A DNA stretch of 64,000 bases from a virus: the IMG/VR virus record IMGVR_UViG_3300025087_000038, positions 32,001-96,000 of that record. One strand, written 5' to 3'. The notes beneath the pieces were generated by a model. That model did no database searches, was not told the DNA's origin, and saw only the letters and a list, made by a program, of their open reading frames with translations. Of the stretch, positions 17,070 through 26,867 are shown one piece after another (position 1 is the stretch's first letter; the number at the start of each line of letters is the position of its first letter). The translations under genes and the position numbers were made by a program.

Positions 17070-20032
17070 AACTTTGTTATGATGGTTTCTTCTATTGTAT
17101 TTCTACTTACGAAGAAAAAGATATCTCAAAGAGCGCTGGTTTTACTTGGCACCCAAAAAAACGTAGGTGGGAAACTAAAGAAGTAGACTTCGCTAACAGG
17201 TTAGTTAATTACGCGGATGAAGCAACCAAAATAGTATTAGAAAAAGCAATGCAGGAAAGAACAAAAAGTATAGAATCTTCCCGGCTAACAAACTTAAACG
17301 TAGACTTACCAGCCCCTCAAGGGCTGGAGTATTTACCATTTCAAAAAGCTGGTATAGCTTATGCTCTACAAAGAAATGGAACGCTAATAGCCGACGAAAT
17401 GGGGTTAGGTAAGGCACAACCCTTGGATGCTAAGGTATTAACCCCAAATGGTTGGATGCTAATGAGAAATATTAAAATAGGTGATGAAATAATAAATTCC
17501 TTAGGGGACGTCTCAAAAGTTACAGATATTTACCCGCAAGGAAGAAAAAAAGTATTTAAAGTAGAATTTACAGATGGTTCAAGTACTGAGTGTACAGAAG
17601 ATCATTTATGGAAAGTTATAACACCTCTTCGAAAACATGGTAAGTACAGTAGCCTAGTATTACCTTTATCTGAAATAAAAGATACTTTATACCTTAAGAG
17701 TCAAGGGAATTTAAAAATACCTAATTTGCGATATTTTATACCATTAGTAAAACCAGTGAATTTTTCGAAAAAAGATTTACTTATTGATCCTTATTTATTA
17801 GGAGTGTTATTGGGGGATGGGTCAATTAAATATACTACAGAGTTTTCCTCCGCCGATATCACAATTGTTAGCGAAATTACAAAACTTTGCAAAATAATTA
17901 ACTTACAAGTTAAACGTATTTCTAAATATGATTATAGAATAAGCGCTGGGAAGCCTACAAAACCAGGAAATAATCCCCTTTTAACGGCTTTAAAAAGTTT
18001 AGGATTATTTGGAAAGGGTAGCGATGATAAATTTATCCCTGAAACGTATTTGTTAGGAAGTTTAGAACAAAGAAAAAGCTTATTTCAAGGACTTATGGAT
18101 ACTGATGGTTATGTAAGTAAGAGTAGTACTTTACAATACGGTTCAAATTCTGAAAAATTAGTAGATGGAATTAAGTTTTTAGTGCAATCATTTGGTGGGG
18201 TTATTCGTAAGAGGTGCAGTATTTCGGCTTCAGGTAAAAACTTTTATACCTTAACAATTGCTTTACCTGATGAAGTAGATAAACCCTTCACTGTACCGAG
18301 AAAAGCTATTAGATATGTACCTCGGGTCAAGTATAAGCCTACTAGGGGCATTAAAAGTATTAGTGAATTTGGGGAAAAAGAGTGCCAGTGTATTGCTGTA
18401 GATTCCCTTGATAGACTATATATTACAGATGAGTTTGTATTAACTCATAATACTATTCAATCTATCGGGGTCATAAACGCCGATAAGGCTATCAGAAAAG
18501 TCTTAGTCATTTGTCCAGCGTCTTTAAAGATAAACTGGAAACGAGAATTAGAAAAATGGTTGTTGGAAAAAAGAACAATTGCAATTTTAAGGGATAAGTA
18601 TGTAGACGCTGACATAGTAATCTGCAATTATGATATGTTAAGAAAAATTGAAGAGCTAAAACGGGAATGGGATTTAGTGGTAGTGGATGAAGCACATTTT
18701 TGTAAGAATAAAAAGAGTCAGAGAACAATTGCGACTTTAGAGATATGCAAGAAGACAAGAAAAAAACTATTCTTAACAGGTACCCCAATAGTTAATAGAC
18801 CTATTGAACTTTATACCTTAATAAAAGCTTTAGGGTTTAATGGAAACTTATGGGGCCAACAAGGATATGCCTTTAGATATTGTAACGCTACTCAAACGGG
18901 TTACGGTTGGGATTTATCAGGTGCTTCAAACTTAGAGGAACTTCAAGACAAACTTAGAGCTCAGTTGATGATAAGAAGGTTGAAGAAAGATGTCTTGAAA
19001 GAGTTACCACCTAAACGTAGACAGATAATTGAATTTTCAGCTAATGGAGTAGCTGGTATTGTAAAAGAAGAACAAGATGCATGGAAACAACACCAAGATA
19101 ATTTAGATAGACTAAAAACTGACGTTGAACTTGCTAAGCTTGAAGGAGAAGAAAGTTATAAAACTGCTGTAGAAAAACTAAAAGAAGGTTCTCAAGTAGT
19201 ATTTGTAGAAATGGCGAAACTACGACATCAAACAGCTGTTGCAAAGATTCCTTACGTTGTAGATCACATTAAGGATTTACTTGAATCAATAGACAAGTTA
19301 GTTGTATTTGCGCATCACCATGATGTGGTAAACGCTATTGTTAATGCTTTTCCAACTATTACTGTTAAACTTACCGGAGAAGAAAAACTAGAAGAAAGAC
19401 AGCAAGCTGTTGATAGATTCCAAAATGACGAAAAAGTAAAATTATTTGTAGGGTCAATTTTAGCCTCTGGTTTGGGCATTACTTTAACTGCTGCTAGCAA
19501 CGTTGTATTTGTTGAACTTGATTGGGTTCCCGGAAATATGAGTCAGGCTGAAGATAGAACTCATAGAATAGGGCAAACAGAAAGTGTTTTAATTCAATAC
19601 CTAGTTTTAGAAGGTAGCCTTGATGCAACTATGGCAAAAACATTAATAAGAAAACAAGAAGTAATTGAAAAAGCTTTGGACAAAAAAGAACGGGAAGAAT
19701 TTGTGATTCCTGAAGTTAATGAGTCTGTTACTAAGCACTGGACTACAAAGGAAATAGAAAAAGAATTGGATAAATTTGAAGAAAAATTAACTGTGGTTAA
19801 AGAAGAATGGATTAGATGTGTTCATCAAGCACTTAAGCATATTGCTAGTGTTTGTGATGATGCTATAGCGTTAGATGGTTGTGGATTTAACAAAGTTGAT
19901 ACTCTGATAGGAAAAAGTTTAGCAGAATGTTTAAAACTTACCCCCAAACAAGCTTTACTTGGAAGAAAAATAATAGAAAAATATAAAAAGCAAATCAGTG
20001 AAGAGTTATACAACAAAATTTTTGAGGGATAG
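17060..20032 (+). CDS. SNF2/HARP-like helicase with intein
   Basis: ADEMGLGK|T Walker A split by intein; DEAH; LTGTP; QAEDRTHRIGQ. Confidence 0.92.
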   Translation: MAMKLCYDGFFYCISTYEEKDISKSAGFTWHPKKRRWETKEVDFANRLVNYADEATKIVLEKAMQERTKSIESSRLTNLNVDLPAPQGLEYLPFQKAGIAYALQRNGTLIADEMGLGKAQPLDAKVLTPNGWMLMRNIKIGDEIINSLGDVSKVTDIYPQGRKKVFKVEFTDGSSTECTEDHLWKVITPLRKHGKYSSLVLPLSEIKDTLYLKSQGNLKIPNLRYFIPLVKPVNFSKKDLLIDPYLLGVLLGDGSIKYTTEFSSADITIVSEITKLCKIINLQVKRISKYDYRISAGKPTKPGNNPLLTALKSLGLFGKGSDDKFIPETYLLGSLEQRKSLFQGLMDTDGYVSKSSTLQYGSNSEKLVDGIKFLVQSFGGVIRKRCSISASGKNFYTLTIALPDEVDKPFTVPRKAIRYVPRVKYKPTRGIKSISEFGEKECQCIAVDSLDRLYITDEFVLTHNTIQSIGVINADKAIRKVLVICPASLKINWKRELEKWLLEKRTIAILRDKYVDADIVICNYDMLRKIEELKREWDLVVVDEAHFCKNKKSQRTIATLEICKKTRKKLFLTGTPIVNRPIELYTLIKALGFNGNLWGQQGYAFRYCNATQTGYGWDLSGASNLEELQDKLRAQLMIRRLKKDVLKELPPKRRQIIEFSANGVAGIVKEEQDAWKQHQDNLDRLKTDVELAKLEGEESYKTAVEKLKEGSQVVFVEMAKLRHQTAVAKIPYVVDHIKDLLESIDKLVVFAHHHDVVNAIVNAFPTITVKLTGEEKLEERQQAVDRFQNDEKVKLFVGSILASGLGITLTAASNVVFVELDWVPGNMSQAEDRTHRIGQTESVLIQYLVLEGSLDATMAKTLIRKQEVIEKALDKKEREEFVIPEVNESVTKHWTTKEIEKELDKFEEKLTVVKEEWIRCVHQALKHIASVCDDAIALDGCGFNKVDTLIGKSLAECLKLTPKQALLGRKIIEKYKKQISEELYNKIFEG
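17414..18451 (+). mobile_element. intein (346 aa) with LAGLIDADG homing endonuclease, class-3-type
   Basis: Starts AQPLDAKV after GLGK and ends THN before T; LLGVLLGDG and LFQGLMDTDG motifs; W (DHLW), C (CQCI) and T (THN) signature. Confidence 0.9.
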
Positions 20033-20037
20033 CCAGA

Positions 20038-21024
20038 ATGAAATTAGAACAAATAGGGTTTTATACCTTATCAGAAAATAGAGCAAAGACAACAAGTCCT
20101 AAATCGCCTATTATGCGCGCGGAACTATTGTTGACCGATAGGTGTAATTTGAAATGCCCTTACTGTAGAGGATTGAAATCGGAATTAAAGGGGGACATAT
20201 CTTTACCTTACGCTCAATATATTTTGCAACAGTGGGTTGATAATGGATTAACCAATGTAAGATTTAGCGGTGGGGAACCTACTTTGTATCCTTACTTGAA
20301 ACAGTTGATTAAAGGTTGTAAGCGCTGCGGTGTAAGGAGAATCGCACTATCTACTAATGGAACAGCTTCCTTAGACTTTTATAGGGAATTAATTGATTGC
20401 GGTGTTAATGATTTTTCCATTTCACTTGATAGTGGCTGTTGTTCTATTGGTAAGGTTATGTGTGGTGGTAGCACTATTGCTTGGAAGAAAGCAAGTACTG
20501 CAATTAAAGAACTTTCCAAGTTAACCTATGTAACAGTTGGAGCAGTCTTTAACGAATTGAATGTTAACTATGCTGTTGATACAATAAAGTGGATAGACGG
20601 TTTGAATCCTTTAGACATTAGAATAATTTCTTCTGCCCAGTATGATAAAGCTTTAGACAAGTTATCAACGCTTTCAGATTCACTGGTTAATAGGTATCCA
20701 ATACTGAAATACCGGTTGACCAACTTTAAGCAGAAGAGGAATGTTAGAGGATTACGAAAAGGAGATTGCAATAAATGTTACTTGGTATTAGATGATATTG
20801 CAGTAGCTGGAGGGCAGCACTTTCCTTGTATTATCTATCTTCGTGAGCAAGGACAAGCTATTGGAAAAATGAACGGCGATTTTAGGAACGAAAGGGTAGA
20901 ATGGTTTAAGAAACACAATACATTTGAAGATAAGATTTGCTTAAAGAATTGCCTTGACGTATGTATAGACTACAATAATAGGGTTAATTATTATGTTAAG
21001 AAGAATAGACGGAAGCTGTTTTGA
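20038..21024 (+). CDS. radical SAM protein (MoaA-like N-terminus, Cys-rich C-terminus)
   Basis: CNLKCPYC; SGGEP; STNG; additional C-terminal cysteines. Confidence 0.85.
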   Translation: MKLEQIGFYTLSENRAKTTSPKSPIMRAELLLTDRCNLKCPYCRGLKSELKGDISLPYAQYILQQWVDNGLTNVRFSGGEPTLYPYLKQLIKGCKRCGVRRIALSTNGTASLDFYRELIDCGVNDFSISLDSGCCSIGKVMCGGSTIAWKKASTAIKELSKLTYVTVGAVFNELNVNYAVDTIKWIDGLNPLDIRIISSAQYDKALDKLSTLSDSLVNRYPILKYRLTNFKQKRNVRGLRKGDCNKCYLVLDDIAVAGGQHFPCIIYLREQGQAIGKMNGDFRNERVEWFKKHNTFEDKICLKNCLDVCIDYNNRVNYYVKKNRRKLF

Positions 21025-21259
21025 CTTTTTGACCTGGCACGGTGGAAGCTTGTTTGGCATTTTAGGAATTATTCAGAGAGAACCTTCCATTTTACAGAGT
21101 AGGGGGGTAATTAAAAAATTCGCTATTGGGTACTGTAGTGGAAGTGCGGTTGTTTGTAGGCCTAAGGTTAATACTGTTGCAGTTATGTTTAGTAAAGACG
21201 ATGAATTATTTTGGACTCATTTAACAAGTTATGAATTTAAAGAAATTTTTGTAGTATAA
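20993..21259 (+). CDS. hypothetical protein
   Basis: 88-aa ORF overlapping the radical SAM gene end. Confidence 0.5.
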   Translation: MLRRIDGSCFDFLTWHGGSLFGILGIIQREPSILQSRGVIKKFAIGYCSGSAVVCRPKVNTVAVMFSKDDELFWTHLTSYEFKEIFVV

Positions 21260-21260
21260 T
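21250..21260 (+). promoter_or_regulatory. YGTAGTATAAT promoter-like motif
   Basis: TGTAGTATAATAGATATGAAAGG; 22 nt identical to the copy at 32305. Confidence 0.65.
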
Positions 21261-21280
21261 AGATATGAAAGGGGAGGGAG

Positions 21281-21463
21281 ATGATTATAGATTTTGTCAA
21301 ATTGACGAAAGGTGGAATAACTTCTATAGAAAAAGCTATTGCTGAGAGGCATCGTAAGCGTACCTGGCATGTAAATCAATTAGGATCTGTTGAAAAAATT
21401 TTAAAGGAACTTATGCCTGATATTCAAGCAGAACTAGAAGAAAGGTTAAATGAAAATCAATAG
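21281..21463 (+). CDS. hypothetical protein
   Basis: Strong RBS after the promoter motif. Confidence 0.55.
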   Translation: MIIDFVKLTKGGITSIEKAIAERHRKRTWHVNQLGSVEKILKELMPDIQAELEERLNENQ

Positions 21464-21794
21464 TCATGCTCTTCTAAAAAGATTCTGCGAAAAGTTTAAA
21501 GGAAGTTATGGCGATGACTACGTAGTAGTAAACTGGGCTAAAGAATGTAATACGCTAAAAAATAAAGTTCTAGCAACGTTTGTCTTAAGTGGTTACAAAG
21601 AGGATTTAAGTTTAGATTTTATTGATTGGTGTTTCGAAAAAAAGGCAAGTAATGGTAGAAGACTGTGTCCAGGATTTTTACCATATCTAATTAACGATTT
21701 TATTGGAGAAAGAAAACCAGAAAAAGATAACCCAAACTTTTACTATGATGAAGATGGAATAAAAAGGGTAAAGGAAAATGCAATTACAAAATAG
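21450..21794 (+). CDS. hypothetical protein
   Basis: 114-aa coupled ORF. Confidence 0.55.
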   Translation: MKINSHALLKRFCEKFKGSYGDDYVVVNWAKECNTLKNKVLATFVLSGYKEDLSLDFIDWCFEKKASNGRRLCPGFLPYLINDFIGERKPEKDNPNFYYDEDGIKRVKENAITK

Positions 21795-21813
21795 GTTGAA
21801 AGAAGGTGCTTGA

Positions 21814-22005
21814 ATGGTAGTAGATAAGAATATGGTTGTTATTGTAAATGAACTTCCCAAATGTGATTTTTGTATTCTTAAAGCGTGTTATGACGGTAGG
21901 ACTATTTATGGCCCTTGGGCCAATATGTGTTTAATACATTTTGGACAATACGGAGTCGGAATAGGATTAGGTAAAGGTCAAGAGTTAGTAAAGAAAGGGA
22001 AATAG
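21814..22005 (+). CDS. small Zn-binding-like phage protein
   Basis: CDFC...GPWANMCLIH...GVGIGLGKGQ. Confidence 0.55.
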   Translation: MVVDKNMVVIVNELPKCDFCILKACYDGRTIYGPWANMCLIHFGQYGVGIGLGKGQELVKKGK

Positions 22006-22006
22006 A

Positions 22007-22264
22007 ATGAAACACAACGTTATTAGATATAGGAATTATTTTTCTTGGCGGTGGTGGAAATACGCCTTATGGAGAGTATATATTTTGGGTTTCTTTGGTT
22101 GTATAGTAGATTTTCACAACATAGATAATATGTTGTTGTACAATGATTTTGATGGTGCTGGTTGGGTTTGCTGGGTATGTGGTTATACTCATCCAGATAT
22201 TGCAAGTTATAAAATTAGGGAAGGTTATAGGAATACAATTCATCAGAATAAGAGTGATAAGTAG
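22007..22264 (+). CDS. hypothetical protein
   Basis: 85 aa; CxxC. Confidence 0.45.
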   Translation: MKHNVIRYRNYFSWRWWKYALWRVYILGFFGCIVDFHNIDNMLLYNDFDGAGWVCWVCGYTHPDIASYKIREGYRNTIHQNKSDK

Positions 22265-22277
22265 TATTGAATATAAT

Positions 22278-22348
22278 TGCCCGGTAGTGTAGTGGTAACA
22301 CATCAGACTTTGGTTCTGGTATCTAAGGTTCGAACCCTTACTGGGCAG
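22278..22348 (+). tRNA. tRNA-Gln(UUG), CCA not encoded
   Basis: Acceptor TGCCCGG/CTGGGCA (U1-A72); D arm; anticodon arm TCAGA-CTTTGGT-TCTGG; T arm TAAGG-TTCGAAC-CCTTA; discriminator G. Confidence 0.9.
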
Positions 22349-22368
22349 AGAACAGAAAAGGGGGAAAT

Positions 22369-22563
22369 ATGCTTAATTTTGTAGTACATGAACATACTTT
22401 TGTTTACCCAAGTGGTGAAGAACAACTACCATTAATAGTCTGCGGTTATGGTTTTACTGAATATGAAATTAGGTTTTGTGTAAACTGTGGAGAAATTGTT
22501 TGGCGGTTAACTAAGGATATAGACAATTTGTATCCCCATTTGAGTCAGTTAAGAAAAGAATAG
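22369..22563 (+). CDS. hypothetical protein
   Basis: RBS; HxH...CxxC. Confidence 0.5.
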   Translation: MLNFVVHEHTFVYPSGEEQLPLIVCGYGFTEYEIRFCVNCGEIVWRLTKDIDNLYPHLSQLRKE

Positions 22564-22571
22564 ATAGAAAA

Positions 22572-23648
22572 ATGAAAATAAACTTAGAAGAACTAAAAAA
22601 GAGAGATAAATACATATTCTGTCAAAGGCATCCAGATGAGCCTCTGATAATATGGAACTATACTCACGCTTGTCAATACGATAAAGCATGGGATGAATAT
22701 ACAAAGATGTGTAGAGGACTTATTACTAATTTAGATGGAAGAGTGCTCGCAAGACCCTTTTCTAAGTTTTTTAATTTAAACGAATCAGAAGAATCCAAGA
22801 TAGAAAACCTACCGGCTATAGAGTCAGAAATATACGAAAAATTAGATGGCTCATTCCTTATTCAGTATTATAGTAATTATGACAAAGATGACAACAAAGT
22901 TTACGTGGCTACAAGAGGAAGTTTTAAATCAGACCAAGCAAAATGGGGAACAGAATGGTTGCAGAATAAGGGGTATAGAAGAGCAGATTTTAAAGAAGGT
23001 TACACCTATATGTATGAAGCCATTTATCCTGGGAACCGTATTGTGGTAGATTACGATGGTAGAGAAGAATGTGTTTTGTTGGCAGTAAAAGAAATAGAAA
23101 CTGGAAAAGAGATAGACCATATAGAAGAAGCAAAAAGGTTAGGATTACCTTATGCAAGGAAATTTAATCATACCTTGCAACAACTATTAGAATTGTTACC
23201 GCAAATGTATAACGAAGAAGGGTATGTAGCAAAATATAGTGATGGGTTAAGGGTAAAATTAAAAGGGGAAGACTATAAACGTCTGCATAAACTATTAACC
23301 CAGTTTTCTACTACCTCTATCTGGGAATATTTAAAAGATGGAAAAGGCCTAAAAGATGTTGAAGATAGGGTACCTGTAGACTTTAAGAATTGGGTAGAAG
23401 AAAAGAAAAATGTGTTGGTTTCAGAGAAATGTAGTATAATAGAAGCAGTAAAGAAAGCATATGGACTCATTAAGGGATTAGAGTCCAGAAAAGAACAGGC
23501 GCTAAAACTAATGAAAGAGCATAAGAAGGTGGCGCCGCTAGTATTTAATTTGTTGGATGGGAAAGAAGAATCGGCAGAGCAAGGGGCATGGAAAATGGTA
23601 AAACCAAAATGGGAACTACCTTTTAGAAAGGAGATGGATAATGGATAA
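22572..23648 (+). CDS. RNA ligase 1-like (T4 Rnl1/RnlA family)
   Basis: CRGLI; RPFSKFFN; EKLDGS (motif I); ATRGSF; NRIVVDY; EGYV; RVKLK. Confidence 0.9.
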   Translation: MKINLEELKKRDKYIFCQRHPDEPLIIWNYTHACQYDKAWDEYTKMCRGLITNLDGRVLARPFSKFFNLNESEESKIENLPAIESEIYEKLDGSFLIQYYSNYDKDDNKVYVATRGSFKSDQAKWGTEWLQNKGYRRADFKEGYTYMYEAIYPGNRIVVDYDGREECVLLAVKEIETGKEIDHIEEAKRLGLPYARKFNHTLQQLLELLPQMYNEEGYVAKYSDGLRVKLKGEDYKRLHKLLTQFSTTSIWEYLKDGKGLKDVEDRVPVDFKNWVEEKKNVLVSEKCSIIEAVKKAYGLIKGLESRKEQALKLMKEHKKVAPLVFNLLDGKEESAEQGAWKMVKPKWELPFRKEMDNG

Positions 23649-24282
23649 GGGGTTTGGGGAAGATGGGATGAGTCTTTTGTTGGAGGGTATGATTCTCGGT
23701 AATCCCTCTAAAGCAATCGAGAACCAAGAGGCAAGAGGGCAAACAAGGTTTGTAAATTCGGAATGTTTGCCAAAACGATGTAATGATTGCTCGCGTGCGA
23801 ACTTTGAAAAAATGGGTATAGGTTTTGGTGAGGATGTAGATGCCTTGTTTGTGAACGTTACACTACCGGCAGGGTGGAAGAAGGTACCTACGGACCATCC
23901 CATGTGGTCTAAGTTAGTGGATGAGCAAGGTAGAGAACGAGCATCAATGTTCTATAAAGCAGCGTATTACGATAGAGATGCCTTTATTTGTATAACAAAA
24001 AGGTTTTCTTGCCCGATTGAACCTACTTGCGGGTGGGAAGACGATAATTACCAGAAAGGCACTTGGCATTGTGTTGTAAAGGACTGCGATAGAGTTATCT
24101 GGAAATCTACAACAGTTGAACCGGAACCAATACTAAAAGAACTATGGGGGGCCTGGTATGATAAAAAGGAGCACTTAAGAGTTTTCGGGGAGGAGTGGTT
24201 AAAGGAACACTATCCTAATTGGGAAGACCCTTGCGCATATTGGGAGTTACCGTTTAAGAAGGAGATGCGTGGGGAAAAATAG
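23641..24282 (+). CDS. hypothetical phage protein
   Basis: 213 aa; TLPAGWKKVPTDHPMWS...FYKAAYYDRDA. Confidence 0.65.
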   Translation: MDKGFGEDGMSLLLEGMILGNPSKAIENQEARGQTRFVNSECLPKRCNDCSRANFEKMGIGFGEDVDALFVNVTLPAGWKKVPTDHPMWSKLVDEQGRERASMFYKAAYYDRDAFICITKRFSCPIEPTCGWEDDNYQKGTWHCVVKDCDRVIWKSTTVEPEPILKELWGAWYDKKEHLRVFGEEWLKEHYPNWEDPCAYWELPFKKEMRGEK

Positions 24283-24285
24283 TTA

Positions 24286-26469
24286 ATGCAAAACTTAGAA
24301 GAAACACTTTCTAAAATACGTCCTTACTTAAAAGAATATCTACAGGAACAAGGCTTGGAATTTGGGCATAGTCATTTTCAGTGCCCTAACTTTCAAGTAC
24401 ATAAACGGGACGATAAGAAGCCGGCTGCTAACTTTTGGCCTGATGAAGAGCATTGGAAGTGTTGGGCTTGTTCTGCTAAAGGCGATATTTTTGATGCAAC
24501 AGCTTACCTTGAAGGGAGAGCTTTATCAGGGCCAGAGTTTATTACCGACAATGTTGCATATCTAGCTGAGAAGTATAGCATTCCTTTTGAGATAGACAAA
24601 TCTTCCGTAGAAGGAAATCGAAAACAACTTTATGAAATTTTAAAAGTAGCAAATGAATTTGTAATTCAAGGAAAAGAAAAGATAAAAGATGTCTTAGTAG
24701 GAAGACATTGGAACGAGATTTCTGAATTTGATTTTGGAACATGTTTGCATAAAGACTTGATTGATCACCTTTTGAGTAAGGGATTTACAGAACGAATTAT
24801 AAGAGATACTGGTTTGTTTGATAGGGGTTTGTTTGAAGGAAGGTTAGTTTTTCCGTTAAAAAATCATTTCGGAAAGATAGTTAGCTTTGCTAGTAGAAAA
24901 ATAAATGGGGAAGGTGAAAAGTATCTGAGCGGTATGACAACCGAGATTTATAAGAAATCTCGGTTTCTCTTTAACTTTTGGAAAGCAAAGAAGTATTTAA
25001 AGTTATATGTATTTGAAGGTTATTCTGACGTCTTTATGGCTGTTGCAAATAAGTTAGAAAACGTTGTAGCTTTGGGTTGGAGTTCTATCTCTGAAGGCCA
25101 GTTTGAGTTAATAGTTAAAGGCGGAATAGTTGAGATAGTAATTTGTCTAGACAATGATACCGGGGGAAAAATTGCTTTAGAAAGTATCCTAGTTGGGTTA
25201 CTTGTAAAGCCTGTTGAACTAAAAATTAAAGTAAAACCTTTAGATGTCTGGGAAGATCCTGATGAATATATTTTGAAAGAAGGAATAGAAAAATTTAAAA
25301 CTTTACCTGAGTATGAAGTTTTTGAATTTAGATTAAAACAATTAAAAGAAAACCAAATAGATAAAAAGATAGTTTTTGATTTAATCTCCTCAGAACCAAG
25401 TCAAGTAGAAAAAGAACAAAAAAGTAAAAAGCTATCCGAAATCTTGGGAGTTAGTTTTGAATCAGTTTTAGCAGACTTACAAATAACTGTAAATGCTAAC
25501 ACTAAAGATTTTATAGGTTCTTTTGAAAAAGAAGTAATGCGTTTTGAAGAATGGGCATTTTCTAGAGGAGGGCCCCTTCTTGGTTTAGATACAGGGTTTC
25601 CAATTTTGACACAAAAGTTGGATGGACTACAAAATGGCTTTTATGTTGTAGGGGCGGATACAAACGTAGGTAAAACAGCTTTTCTTTTATCTTTAGCTCG
25701 CAACCTTATTTTAAGCAATTCTGAAAATGTTTATGTTCTTTTCTTTTCTTTAGACGACCCAATACTGAAAATTATTCCTAGACTTGCCGCCTTAATAAGT
25801 GGCGTAGAGATAAACATTATTTCAAATCCTGTTTATAAAATTCAAAAGAACGAGCAGTTAACTCCAGAACAGGCGCTGCAAAAATTTCAAGAAAGGGAGA
25901 AAGCAATAATAGAATTAAAGAAAATGGATAATTGTTTTACAATTAAAGATGAGTCAAGCGCTACTGGAATACGTCAATTGGATATGATAGAAAAAACTAT
26001 TCAAGATTGTAAACAAGTTGCTGATAAAAAACAACTTGTGGTTTTTATTGATAGTCTTCACAAAATACAAATGAAAGGGAAGGATAGTGTAAGAGAAAAG
26101 TATATGTATATTTCTGACAATTTAAAAGCGTTGACTACCTCTCTTGGAATACCAATTATTTGTACTGCAGAATTAAGAAAAAAACAGTCCGAAGGAGCAA
26201 GACCAATTTTAGACGATTTAAAAGAAACCGGTGATATAGGTTATGATTCAGATGTAGGAATGTTACTTTTTAATGCTTTTGAATTTAAGAAAGATACACC
26301 ACTTCATTTTATAGACAAAGGTCAAGTACGCCCTGTAGTAGAAGCAATTTTTAAAAAGAATAAGATAAGTTCTTTTAAGGGCAGCGTATTTTTTGGGTTT
26401 TATACGGATTTAAGTAAGTTTGTTGAATGTTCTGTAGAAGAAAATAGAAGATTTTTGGGGTTAAGGTAA
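24286..26469 (+). CDS. DNA primase-helicase fusion (DnaG-type + DnaB-type)
   Basis: CPxxxxH...CWAC zinc finger; FEGYSD and CLDND Toprim; GADTNVGKT Walker A; FIDSL; DLKETGDIGYDSD. Confidence 0.92.
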   Translation: MQNLEETLSKIRPYLKEYLQEQGLEFGHSHFQCPNFQVHKRDDKKPAANFWPDEEHWKCWACSAKGDIFDATAYLEGRALSGPEFITDNVAYLAEKYSIPFEIDKSSVEGNRKQLYEILKVANEFVIQGKEKIKDVLVGRHWNEISEFDFGTCLHKDLIDHLLSKGFTERIIRDTGLFDRGLFEGRLVFPLKNHFGKIVSFASRKINGEGEKYLSGMTTEIYKKSRFLFNFWKAKKYLKLYVFEGYSDVFMAVANKLENVVALGWSSISEGQFELIVKGGIVEIVICLDNDTGGKIALESILVGLLVKPVELKIKVKPLDVWEDPDEYILKEGIEKFKTLPEYEVFEFRLKQLKENQIDKKIVFDLISSEPSQVEKEQKSKKLSEILGVSFESVLADLQITVNANTKDFIGSFEKEVMRFEEWAFSRGGPLLGLDTGFPILTQKLDGLQNGFYVVGADTNVGKTAFLLSLARNLILSNSENVYVLFFSLDDPILKIIPRLAALISGVEINIISNPVYKIQKNEQLTPEQALQKFQEREKAIIELKKMDNCFTIKDESSATGIRQLDMIEKTIQDCKQVADKKQLVVFIDSLHKIQMKGKDSVREKYMYISDNLKALTTSLGIPIICTAELRKKQSEGARPILDDLKETGDIGYDSDVGMLLFNAFEFKKDTPLHFIDKGQVRPVVEAIFKKNKISSFKGSVFFGFYTDLSKFVECSVEENRRFLGLR

Positions 26470-26472
26470 AAT

Positions 26473-26483
26473 TGTAGTATAAT
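26473..26483 (+). promoter_or_regulatory. YGTAGTATAAT promoter-like motif
   Basis: TGTAGTATAAT then TAAGGAGGT RBS. Confidence 0.65.
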
Positions 26484-26502
26484 TCTAACGTAAGGAGGTA
26501 AA

Positions 26503-26679
26503 ATGAAACTAAAAGAACTAGATGAAAAAATAAGAAAGAAATTTAATCTTTCAGAAAGAGCTGGGTGGTTAATTAGAGATACCGGTGAAATCGTTGAGTT
26601 AGAAAGAAGCTACGGAGATTTTATTGGTGGGGAGGAGGGGGAACGCGGCCGGTTAGGTTTCTTGGAAGATTTAGACTAA
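26503..26679 (+). CDS. 58-aa hypothetical protein (not in ORF track)
   Basis: Perfect RBS; TAATG coupling to next ORF. Confidence 0.55.
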   Translation: MKLKELDEKIRKKFNLSERAGWLIRDTGEIVELERSYGDFIGGEEGERGRLGFLEDLD

Positions 26680-26867
26680 TGTGTAACTTAGATAGAATTT
26701 TTGAGATTGAACAAGCGTTAGAAGTCTTGGGATTGGAGAAGTGTTCATTTTGTTCAACTTGGTGTAAAGAGCGAAACTTTAGAGAAGTAATTTCTGAAGA
26801 CAAAGTGCATAGACGTTTATGTGTTAGTTGTCGAAAGTCAAGGTTTAAAGGGAGGAGAAAATGGTAA
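26679..26867 (+). CDS. small Zn-finger protein
   Basis: CSFC...CVSC. Confidence 0.5.
   Translation: MCNLDRIFEIEQALEVLGLEKCSFCSTWCKERNFREVISEDKVHRRLCVSCRKSRFKGRRKW

Noticed and set aside
20016-21251. AAATTTTTG repeat flanking the MoaA-like radical SAM cassette as another junction duplication
   Set aside because: Only 9 low-complexity bases, not distinguishable from chance.
23430-23440. TGTAGTATAAT inside the RNA ligase 1 gene as a definite promoter
   Set aside because: It is about 200 nt from the next start with no adjacent RBS. It is counted as a motif match but not listed as a feature.
14170-26512. 22-nt identical sequence TAAGGAGGTAAAATGAAACTAA at 14170 and 26491
   Set aside because: It consists of consensus RBS, ATG and common A-rich codons at non-adjacent genes, so convergence is likely. 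It also cautions that the shorter RBS-only junction repeats may be chance.
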